Positions 26,624 to 34,382 of a DNA stretch of 42,142 bases are shown here, piece after piece. The notes under the pieces were generated by a model. It worked only from the letters and a program-made list of their open reading frames with translations. It searched no databases and was not told where the DNA came from. Source of the stretch: Candidatus Limnocylindrales bacterium (lineage in GTDB: Bacteria > Eisenbacteria > RBG-16-71-46 > SZUA-252); the NCBI GenBank assembly GCA_035300625.1, contig DATGVG010000056.1, positions 1-42,142 of the forward strand, given 5' to 3'. Position 1 is the first letter of the stretch. Each line of letters opens with the position of its first letter. Position numbers and translations under genes: made by a program.

Positions 26624-27669
26624 CATGGCTTCGCAAGGCCAAGGAAGGGCTCAAAGCGCAGCAGCGGCGGCGCGACCTGCCGGACGGTCTCTGGGTCAAG
26701 TGCGAGGAATGCGGCGAGATCCTGTATCACAAGGAGCTCGAGCGGAACCTCTGGACTTGCGGCAAGTGCGGCTATCACTTCCGGATCTCCGCCCGCTCCT
26801 ACGTGAAGATCCTCCTCGATGAGGATTCCTTCCAGGAGCACTTCTCCGAAGTCGTCTCCACCGATCCGCTCCATTTCAAGGACTCCCGCAAGTACACGGA
26901 GCGCCTGAAGAAGGCGCGCGAGGAGACGGGGCTTACGGAAGCGGTCCTCTGCGGCGAGGGGGCCATCGAGCAAATGCCCTGCGTCGTCGCGTTCATGGAC
27001 TTTTCGTTCCTCGGCGGGAGCCTCGCCTCGGCGGCGGGGGAGCGGATCGCGCGAAGCATCCTCCTCTCGATCGAGTCGCGGAAACCCCTCATCATCCTGT
27101 CCGCCTCGGGCGGCGCGCGGATGTTCGAGGGGATCCTCTCCCTCATGCAAATGGCCAAGACCAACGCGCTCTTGGCTCGGCTCTCCGACGCGCGCGTTCC
27201 GTACGTCTCCATCATGACCCACCCGACGACCGGCGGCGTGACCGCTTCGTTCGCGTCGGTAGGGGACGTGATCCTGGCCGAGCCGAAGGCGTTGATCGGC
27301 TTCGCCGGGCCCCGGGTCATCAAGCAGACGATCAACCAGGAGCTTCCGGAGGGATTCCAGAGGTCGGAGTTCCTTCTCAAGAAGGGGATGATCGACCAGA
27401 TCGTCCACCGACTCGAGCTCCGGAAGACCCTGGCCTGGCTCTTGAGATATTTCGCGGCCACGTCGGTGCTGCCGCAGAAGCCGCGCCGCCGCGCCGGCGA
27501 GTCGCTGGCGCGCTTCCGCGCCGCCTCGGTCGCGTCGTCCGAGCCGATCGGAATTCAGCCCAGCGACAACGGGCACCTCCCGGCGCCGGCCCCGGCCCCG
27601 GCCCACGCGCCCGGTCCCCCCATCCCCCCACTCAAGCCGACTCCGACCGAGACCGCCTCTCAGGAATGA
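26620..27669 (+). CDS. accD: Acetyl-CoA carboxylase carboxyltransferase beta subunit
   Basis: N-terminal zinc ribbon (CEECGEILYHKEL...CGKCGYHFR), the motifs GGSLASAAGERI and SGGARM, and a Pro/Ala-rich C-terminal tail. ATGA overlap with rimI. Confidence 0.9.
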   Translation: MTWLRKAKEGLKAQQRRRDLPDGLWVKCEECGEILYHKELERNLWTCGKCGYHFRISARSYVKILLDEDSFQEHFSEVVSTDPLHFKDSRKYTERLKKAREETGLTEAVLCGEGAIEQMPCVVAFMDFSFLGGSLASAAGERIARSILLSIESRKPLIILSASGGARMFEGILSLMQMAKTNALLARLSDARVPYVSIMTHPTTGGVTASFASVGDVILAEPKALIGFAGPRVIKQTINQELPEGFQRSEFLLKKGMIDQIVHRLELRKTLAWLLRYFAATSVLPQKPRRRAGESLARFRAASVASSEPIGIQPSDNGHLPAPAPAPAHAPGPPIPPLKPTPTETASQE

Positions 27670-28976
27670 CCCAAACCGCGGGCGCCCCGCTCACGCGGCG
27701 CCTGGACGATCTCTATCGCTTCGAGCGGTCCGGGATGCGACTGGGCCTGGAGGGGATCGAGCGCCTGATGGCCATGGGCGGCCGCCCCGACCTCGCCTTT
27801 CCCTCGGTCCTGATCGGGGGAACCAATGGCAAGGGGTCCACCGCGGCGCACCTGGCCTCGATTTTCCGCGCCGCCGGGCTCAAGACGGGCCTCTACACCT
27901 CGCCGCACCTGATCCGCTTCAACGAGCGGATCCGCGTGGACGGCGCCGAGATCGGAGACGCCGAGCTGGAAGAGCTGCTCGAGCGCTGGTGGCCGCGGTT
28001 CGAGGAGGAGCGGCCGTCGTTCTTCGAGGCCGCGACCGCGCTGGCCTTTGACCACTTCGCCGCCGCCAAGCTGGACATGGCCGTGGTCGAGGTTGGGCTG
28101 GGCGGCCGCCTGGACGCGACCAACGTGCTCGTCCCGCGCGCGTCCGTCATCACCACCATTTCCAGCGATCACACCGAAATCCTGGGCAAGACCTTGCGTA
28201 GGATCGCCGCCGAGAAGGCCGGCATCGTGAAGCCGGGGGGAACGCTGGTCCTGGGCGTGCGCTCTCCCGATCCTCGCGCCGAGATCATGGAGAGGGCGCG
28301 GGAGGTCGGAGCGCGCGTCCTCCTCCTGGGACGGGACGCACGCTATACGCCGAAGAGCGTGACGCTCGCGGGAACGGCGTTCCGGCTTTCGACCGCGCAA
28401 TTCACGGGGAACGTGACGACGCCGCTCCTGGGCGCGCACCAGGCGCGGAATGCGGCCCTCGCCGCGCTCGCGGCCGAGACGGCCCTCGAGCCGCGCCCGC
28501 GCGGCGAGGTGGCGCGCGCCATCGCCCTTGGGATCGCCGCGACCCGGTGGCCCGCCCGCGCCGAGGTGATCGGCGGCGACCCGCCGGTGCTCCTGGACGT
28601 GGCCCACAATGTCGAAGGCGCCCGGGCGCTGGCCAAGACGGTGGAGGCGCTCTTTCCGCGCAGGAAGGTGGCGCTGGTGATCGCCCTCTCCCAGGACAAG
28701 TCGCACGCGGCGATCCTGAGCGCGCTGGCTCCCGTGACCAGCCGGTTCACGCTGACCGAATTCGGAGGGGAGCGGGCCACTCCCGCCGCGGAGCTCGCGC
28801 GGGCGGCGCCCGCCCGGCATTTGGCGAGCGAGGCGGTGCCGTCGGCGGCCGAGGCGGTGCGCGGCGCCGTCCTCTGGGCGCGGCGGGAAGGGGGAGTCGT
28901 GGTGGTGACCGGCTCCTTCTACCTCATGCCGGAGGCGCTCGCCGCCCTCGGGGGCGAGGTGCCCCGTGCGATCTAG
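27666..28976 (+). CDS. folC: Bifunctional folylpolyglutamate synthase / dihydrofolate synthase
   Basis: Mur-ligase P-loop GGTNGKGST, YTSPHL, and the DHTEILG-type motif. ATGA overlap with accD; accD-folC adjacency also occurs in E. coli. Confidence 0.9.
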   Translation: MTQTAGAPLTRRLDDLYRFERSGMRLGLEGIERLMAMGGRPDLAFPSVLIGGTNGKGSTAAHLASIFRAAGLKTGLYTSPHLIRFNERIRVDGAEIGDAELEELLERWWPRFEEERPSFFEAATALAFDHFAAAKLDMAVVEVGLGGRLDATNVLVPRASVITTISSDHTEILGKTLRRIAAEKAGIVKPGGTLVLGVRSPDPRAEIMERAREVGARVLLLGRDARYTPKSVTLAGTAFRLSTAQFTGNVTTPLLGAHQARNAALAALAAETALEPRPRGEVARAIALGIAATRWPARAEVIGGDPPVLLDVAHNVEGARALAKTVEALFPRRKVALVIALSQDKSHAAILSALAPVTSRFTLTEFGGERATPAAELARAAPARHLASEAVPSAAEAVRGAVLWARREGGVVVVTGSFYLMPEALAALGGEVPRAI

Positions 28977-31900
28977 GGCGCGCCCGGCGGCGCCCCCGGC
29001 GGCCCCTCTCGCCGCGCTGGTTCTGCTCCTTCTCCCCGCCGCCGCATCCGCCCAGGCGGACGTCGAGTCCTACCGGCTACGGGCCGACCGGCTGGAGGGA
29101 TCCTTGAACGGCGCGGAAAACGTCTACACCGCGATCCGCCCCATCCTGACCCACGGCACGACCACGGTGACCGGCGATTCCGCGCTGGTCTATCGGACCC
29201 GCGAGTTCGTGTTCTTTCGCGGCAACGTGAAGATCGTGGACAGCACCACCACCATGTGGGGGGATGAAGCCTCCTACGATCGGAAAGACCGCCGCGCCAC
29301 CCTCCGCGGCAACGTGCGGATCGAGGAGGGGGGGAGCAGGATCACGGGGCGCGAGGCCACCTTCTACCGCGACAAGAACCTCTCCGTGATCACCGGCTCG
29401 CCGCGCATGGTGGACTCGACGCGCACCTTGACGGCGGACCGGATCGAGTACGACCGGAACAACGACGTGGTCCTGGCGCTGGGCCACGTGGACGCGTCGG
29501 ACCAGGCCGACAGCACCCGGGTCCTGGCGGGCCGTGTCCGCTACGACCGGCGCTCCAACTACGCGTGGGCGGACATGTCGCCGCGCCTGGACCTGACGGA
29601 AGCGGGCGGGGTCGTGACCCATGTCTCCGGCGACTCGCTCGAGTTCGACCGTGAGAAGGACCAGGTCTTCGCGCGCGGCAACGTGCGCGTGGTGCGCGAG
29701 AAGCTCCAGGCGACCGCCGGACGCGCCGCTTTCTTCCGGCGCGAGAACCGGGCCATCCTGGTCGAGTCGCCGCGGGCGTGGGACCCCGAGGGCTCGGCGA
29801 GCGGGGACACGCTGGAGATCCGCCTCGCGCAGAATCGGGTCTCCTCCATGCAGGCCCGTCCCCACGCAAAGGTGGCTTACGAGGCCCATGCCGACTCGAC
29901 CCGGGCCGAGCGCACCACCGCGACGGGCGACACGATCACGCTGTTTCTGGAGAACGACGCGGCGCGGCGCGCCCTGATCGTGGGGCACGCGAGCTCGTTC
30001 TACTGGCCCTCCAGCGCCGACAGCGCCCGGGGCGGACGGAACGAATCGACCGGGGACACCATCATTGTGGAGTTCGACAAGGGGAAGCCCGCCCATGCCA
30101 CGGTTCTCGGGAGCGCCGTCGGCACCTATTACATGGCGGCGGAGGGGGACACGGCCGCCGCCGCGAAGCGGGAGCGGATCGTCTACCGCGGGCGCGAGAT
30201 CGGCTACGACCTTCGCAAAAACTCCGTCGACGTCCGGGGCTCAGCCGATGTCGGCTACCGGGAAATGCGCTTGAGGGCCGACCGGGTGCACTTCGACGCC
30301 GACACCGAGAAGATGCGGGCGGAGGGAAGGCCGGTGCTGGAGGACGCCGGCGACCGGATCGTGGGCCAGACCATGACCTACGATCTCAGGATCCGGCGCG
30401 GAGCGGTCATGGCCGGGCGGACGAAGTACGAGCAGGGGTACGTGACCGGGGACCGCGTGCTGCGCGTCTCGGAGAACATTCTCGACGTCAAGAACGGCAC
30501 CTACACGACCTGCGATCTTCCCGACCCGCATTATCACTTCGGCGCGGGCAAGATGAGGATTCTCCTCCACGACAAGGCCGTCGCGAAGCCGGTCGTGTTC
30601 TACATCAAGCACATCCCCGTGATGGCGATCCCGTTCTACGTGTTTCCGATCAATTCGGGCCGCCATTCGGGATTCCAGCTCCCCCAGTTCGAATTCGGAT
30701 CGTCGTCGGCCGCCGGCAAGTTCGTGCGGAACGTCGGCTATTACTGGGCGATCAACGACCACCTGGACGCGACGGGCTGGGGCGACTACTACCAGGACGC
30801 CAGCTGGATCGCGCACGGCCAGATGCGCTACCACAAGCGCTACGCATACCAGGGGGACTTCAGCGGGTCCTTCCAGAACCTGTTCGGCACCCCGCAGACC
30901 GGGGGACACTCGACGCAGCGGTGGGACCTCTCGGGCCGGCACTATCAGACGCTGGGGCTGAACTCGCAGCTGACCGCGGACCTGAATCTCACCAACTCGC
31001 CCACCTACCTGAGCGATCCCTCGATCGGCCGGTCGGTCCTCTACCGGACGGAGCGGATCCTCTCGTCCAACGTCGGCTACTCGAAGAACTGGAGCGCCGC
31101 CCACCTCGACGCGGGATTCGTCCGGAATCACTACCTGAGTCCCGACCCGGGCGGGCTGCGCCTCTTGCAGCAGCTCCCGTCGGTCCGGTTCCGGCTGAGC
31201 GCCCGCCCGATCGGTCGCGCGGACCGCCCCGGCGTGCCCGGACGGCTCCGCGGACTCGCCTCCGTGGTGTACAGCTACGACACGCAGCTCTTGAGCCAGC
31301 GGAACGTGACCGTCAACCGGTACGCTACGGTGGCCGACCAGCGGGACTCGATCACGGACGTGCGCACCGGCATGGTCCACAGTCTGACGATCACCGACAA
31401 CCGGAGCATCCTGACCGCGATCCGGGTCAGCCCCACGTTCAGCGCCAGGGGCATTTACTATTCGCGCGACGACTCCGGCGCCCGGAATCGCTTCGGCGGC
31501 AACTGGAATGCCGGGATCGGCGCGAACACCCAGATCTTCGGCACCATGACCCATTCGATCGGCCCGCTCCGGGCCCTGCGCCACGTCATCACTCCCTCGG
31601 TGTCGTTTTCCTACCAGCCGCGGATCCGGAATCTCACGTTCGTCGACACCACGGGATTCGCCCGCTCCCGCTTCGCCGGGATCCCGAGCATCTCGCTCAC
31701 GTCCGCCGAGTATCGGTTCCTGAGCTTTGGACTCCGGAACGACATCCACGTGAAGTGGGGCAGCCGCGAGCATCCGAAGACCATCAACAACCTGATCTCG
31801 TTCGGGAGCGGGGGGTCCTACGATCTGCTCGCGAAGCGGCAGGGAAAGCGTCCTCTCTCCGACATTTCCAGCTCGCTCACGCTCCGGCCCTTGGACCGGA

Positions 31901-32457
31901 GCGAATTCGACTTCGGCTTCGTGCACGACCCGTACACGGGGACCTTGAAGACGCTCACGGCGTCCACCGGGCTCGCGCTCACGGGCGTTTCCAAGGCGGC
32001 GTCCGATTCCACGCTCCAGATGTCGGACGAGCCCGGGGAGGCGGCGGTGCGGGAGGGGAATTATCTGAGGCCGGAGGGGCTCACCTCCACCAGCCTCCCC
32101 TGGCAGGTGGGGCTGTCGATCGGCTATCGGGGCAACCGCGACGTGTTTCCCGGCAGCGCGACCTTCGGCCGGTGGTCCTCGCAGGCGACGATGAACGGGA
32201 CCCTTGGGCTGAATCTCTCGCGCGGATGGCGCTTCGACTACAAAGCCCAGTACGAGATGCACACACGCACCCTGGTCTCGCAGTACTTCACCGTGAAGCG
32301 CGAGCTCCACTGCTGGGAGGCGCAATTCACGCGAAGTATTTCCGGCGACATCAAGGAGTACTACTTCAAGATCAACGTGAAGCTTCTGCCGGAGGTCTAC
32401 TACGAGCAAGGGAGTCGGGGACTCCGCGGCTTCGGCAGTGTGAACAATCTCTACTGA
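28966..32457 (+). CDS. Large LptD/OstA-like outer-membrane protein (extended N-terminal OstA-like repeats plus C-terminal beta-barrel)
   Basis: GTG start and signal peptide ...LLLLPAAASAQA. The first ~450 aa consist of repeated OstA-like beta-jellyroll strands (GNVKIVD..., GNVRIEE..., ADRIEYD, GNVRVV...). They are followed by TTCDLPDPHYHF and a long Y/G/N-rich alternating barrel region. Confidence 0.6.
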   Translation: MRSRARPAAPPAAPLAALVLLLLPAAASAQADVESYRLRADRLEGSLNGAENVYTAIRPILTHGTTTVTGDSALVYRTREFVFFRGNVKIVDSTTTMWGDEASYDRKDRRATLRGNVRIEEGGSRITGREATFYRDKNLSVITGSPRMVDSTRTLTADRIEYDRNNDVVLALGHVDASDQADSTRVLAGRVRYDRRSNYAWADMSPRLDLTEAGGVVTHVSGDSLEFDREKDQVFARGNVRVVREKLQATAGRAAFFRRENRAILVESPRAWDPEGSASGDTLEIRLAQNRVSSMQARPHAKVAYEAHADSTRAERTTATGDTITLFLENDAARRALIVGHASSFYWPSSADSARGGRNESTGDTIIVEFDKGKPAHATVLGSAVGTYYMAAEGDTAAAAKRERIVYRGREIGYDLRKNSVDVRGSADVGYREMRLRADRVHFDADTEKMRAEGRPVLEDAGDRIVGQTMTYDLRIRRGAVMAGRTKYEQGYVTGDRVLRVSENILDVKNGTYTTCDLPDPHYHFGAGKMRILLHDKAVAKPVVFYIKHIPVMAIPFYVFPINSGRHSGFQLPQFEFGSSSAAGKFVRNVGYYWAINDHLDATGWGDYYQDASWIAHGQMRYHKRYAYQGDFSGSFQNLFGTPQTGGHSTQRWDLSGRHYQTLGLNSQLTADLNLTNSPTYLSDPSIGRSVLYRTERILSSNVGYSKNWSAAHLDAGFVRNHYLSPDPGGLRLLQQLPSVRFRLSARPIGRADRPGVPGRLRGLASVVYSYDTQLLSQRNVTVNRYATVADQRDSITDVRTGMVHSLTITDNRSILTAIRVSPTFSARGIYYSRDDSGARNRFGGNWNAGIGANTQIFGTMTHSIGPLRALRHVITPSVSFSYQPRIRNLTFVDTTGFARSRFAGIPSISLTSAEYRFLSFGLRNDIHVKWGSREHPKTINNLISFGSGGSYDLLAKRQGKRPLSDISSSLTLRPLDRSEFDFGFVHDPYTGTLKTLTASTGLALTGVSKAASDSTLQMSDEPGEAAVREGNYLRPEGLTSTSLPWQVGLSIGYRGNRDVFPGSATFGRWSSQATMNGTLGLNLSRGWRFDYKAQYEMHTRTLVSQYFTVKRELHCWEAQFTRSISGDIKEYYFKINVKLLPEVYYEQGSRGLRGFGSVNNLY

Positions 32458-32488
32458 CGAATTTGGCGCGTCCGTGGGCGAAATATAT

Positions 32489-32517
32489 TTGACACCCCCT
32501 GGGGTGCGGCGTAACGT
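32489..32517 (+). promoter_or_regulatory. Candidate sigma70-type promoter for the HU gene
   Basis: TTGACA (32489-32494), 17 nt, then TAACGT (32512-32517), preceded by an AT-rich AAATATAT tract. It lies about 33 nt upstream of the HU start. Confidence 0.45.
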
Positions 32518-32549
32518 GGCGCCCACACCGCGAAAGGAGGTGAGGCAAG

Positions 32550-32840
32550 GTGAACAAGACGGAACTCGTCGCATACGTCGCCAAGAAGGCTTCGCTCTCC
32601 GCGCGCCAGGCGCGCGCAGTCGTGGACACCATCTTTTCCCCGGGCAAGGAGGGTCTGATCGCCTCCGCGCTCCTTTCGGGCAAGAAGGTCCAGATCACCG
32701 GATTCGGAACCTTCGAGACCCGGAAGCGGAAAGCACGCGAAGGTCGCAATCCTCAGACGGGCGAGCGCATCAAGATCGCCGCGTCCCGCTTCCCGGCGTT
32801 CCACGCCGGAAAGGCCCTTCGCGAACGGATCAAGAAGTAG
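32550..32840 (+). CDS. hup: HU family DNA-binding protein
   Basis: GTG start 7 nt after AAAGGAGGTGA. Motifs MNKTELV..., GFGTFETRKRKAREGRNPQTGERIKI and FHAGKALR are hallmarks of HU/IHF. Confidence 0.9.
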   Translation: MNKTELVAYVAKKASLSARQARAVVDTIFSPGKEGLIASALLSGKKVQITGFGTFETRKRKAREGRNPQTGERIKIAASRFPAFHAGKALRERIKK

Positions 32841-32870
32841 CACCCCCCCGAACGACTTCGGATGTGCCCC

Positions 32871-32896
32871 GGGGCGGGAGAAGAACCTCCCGCCCC
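32871..32896 (+). terminator. GC-rich hairpin downstream of HU
   Basis: GGGGCGGGAG-AAGAAC-CTCCCGCCCC is a perfect 10-bp stem, but no clear T-tract follows. Confidence 0.5.
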
Positions 32897-32966
32897 GAGG
32901 TGTCTCCGGGGCTCGATCCGGCCATTCCCCGCAGTCGATCCTCCGCCCCCGCCCCCGCCCTATTGG

Positions 32967-32996
32967 TTGAACCGCACGCCGGCTCCGGGGTATAGT
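32967..32996 (+). promoter_or_regulatory. Candidate sigma70-type promoter for the cytochrome fusion gene
   Basis: TTGAAC (32967-32972), 18 nt, then TATAGT (32991-32996), followed by a T-tract. It lies about 48 nt upstream of the proposed start. Confidence 0.45.
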
Positions 32997-33043
32997 TTTT
33001 TCGGTATCCGGCCGACCATTGACGCAAGGGGAGGTGATTCGCG

Positions 33044-34375
33044 CTGCTTCGCTACCGCTACCTGCTCTTCCTTATTGTCGGGCTTCTATTTGCGGCCTCG
33101 TCGCTCCAGGGCAAGGGCTCCCAGACGGACATCCTCATCCAGAGCACCAACGATGTCTTCAACGAGCTCGCGCCCTGTGGCTGACACGCTCACCCGCTAG
33201 GCGGCCTCGCCCGGAGGGCGAGCCAACTCAAGGTAGGCAGCCTCAAGTTCGCGAACCACTTCATCGTGGATTCCGGCGATTTCTTCGGCGTCACGGGGGA
33301 GCAGGACTCGCTGAAGTCGGCCTTCATGGTCCAGGCCATGGACCGTCTGGGCTACAGCGTCGCGACCATCGGCGAGCGGGAGCTCTCGTTCGGCCAGGCT
33401 TTCCTGATCGACACCTTCAAGAAGACCAAGATCGACCTGGTCTCGGCCAACGTCGTCTTCGCCGATACGAAGAAGCCTCTGGTGCGGCCGTACGTCATTC
33501 GGAGGGTGGGCACGGTGAGGGTGGCGTTCACGGGGTTCCTGGGCAAGGAAATGCCGCTGAAGCGCCACGCGGGCGACAAGGAATTGACGGTTCTGGAAGC
33601 CGCCGACGTCGCCAAGACCCTGATCCCCGAGCTCCGGAAGAAGGCCGACGTCGTGGTCGTCCTGTCGCACCTGGGCCTGACCGACAGCCAGAAGCTGACC
33701 ATCGAGGTCCCGGGAATCGACGTCATGGTGTTCGGACATCTGGTCGGCCTCTCGAAGGAAGTGGTGCAGACCCAGGGCGTGATCAACGTCCGGGGCGGGG
33801 AGCGCGGCCAGTACATCCCCTCCATCCACCTCGTGGTGGAGGACGGCAAGATCGCGTCCTATGACGGGGACGTGGTGACGCTGGATGACAAGATCCCGGC
33901 GGACGATTCCATGAACCACCTGGTGGACAACTTCCAGGACGAGCTGAACACCCGCTTCCAGAAGCAGAGTGAGCAGGCGGCCAACCAGGAGGCGCGGCAG
34001 ACCCAGGTCGCGCTCTCCGCCGACCATTACATGGGCGAGAAGAACTGCCGCCGCTGCCACGAGGCCGAATATCAGATGTACACCAGCCAGAAGCACGCGC
34101 ATGCCTTCGCGACCCTCACGAAGAACCAGCGCGATTCCACGCCCGAGTGCCTTCCCTGCCACGTCGTGGGCATGGGACAGGCGGGCGGCTTCGTCTCCAA
34201 GGAGAGCACGCCCGATCTCGTCAACGTGCAGTGCGAGAACTGCCACGGGATGGGGACGATGCACGGAAGCGGCCACGTGGTCGGTCCGGAAGTCTGCATC
34301 ACATGCCACACGGCGTCGCAGGACCCGACCTTCAATTTCGACGAGAAGCTCCCGAAGATCGTCCACTGGCAGTAG
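33044..34375 (+). CDS. Secreted fusion of a degenerate 5'-nucleotidase/UshA-like domain to a tetraheme cytochrome c, with one in-frame TGA at 33182-33184 (candidate selenocysteine, otherwise a disrupted gene)
   Basis: The conservative ORF is 33266-34375. It carries four CxxCH motifs: CRRCH 34046, CLPCH 34148, CENCH 34232 and CITCH 34295. The same frame upstream encodes LLRYRYLLFLIVGLLFAASSLQG (a signal peptide) and TDILIQSTNDVFNELAPCG, then TGA, then HAHPLGGLARRASQL...FIVDSGDFFG. This reads as one continuous UshA-like N-terminus. The proposed start is CTG 33044, 9 nt after GGAGG. Confidence 0.55.
33203..33224 (+). promoter_or_regulatory. Candidate SECIS-like hairpin downstream of the in-frame TGA
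   Basis: GG-C-CTCGCCC / GGA / GGGCGAG-CC gives a 7-bp stem, then a 1-nt bulge and 2 more bp, with a G-containing apical loop. The loop begins about 31 nt after the U of the UGA. Confidence 0.35.
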
Positions 34376-34382
34376 GCACCCC

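Noticed and set aside
30241-32574. 777-aa minus-strand ORF antisense to the LptD-like gene. The same pattern is seen at 299-1651(-), 5856-7517(+), 14904-16424(-) and 11300-12886(-).
   Set aside because: The reasoning is the same: Arg/Gly/Pro-rich translations without domain signatures that overlap well-supported genes on the other strand or in another frame.
33182-33184. In-frame TGA explained by an alternative genetic code (TGA read as Trp or Gly)
   Set aside because: TGA is the evident stop codon of many well-delimited genes in this same window (mrp, metE, accD, rimI, the DUF2723 gene and others). A global reassignment is therefore untenable.
33019-33864. 281-aa plus-strand ORF starting at TTG 33019 in another frame across the start of the cytochrome gene
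   Set aside because: Its translation is Arg/Pro/Gly-rich with no signal peptide or motifs. The competing frame yields a signal peptide, a 5'-nucleotidase-like domain and heme motifs.
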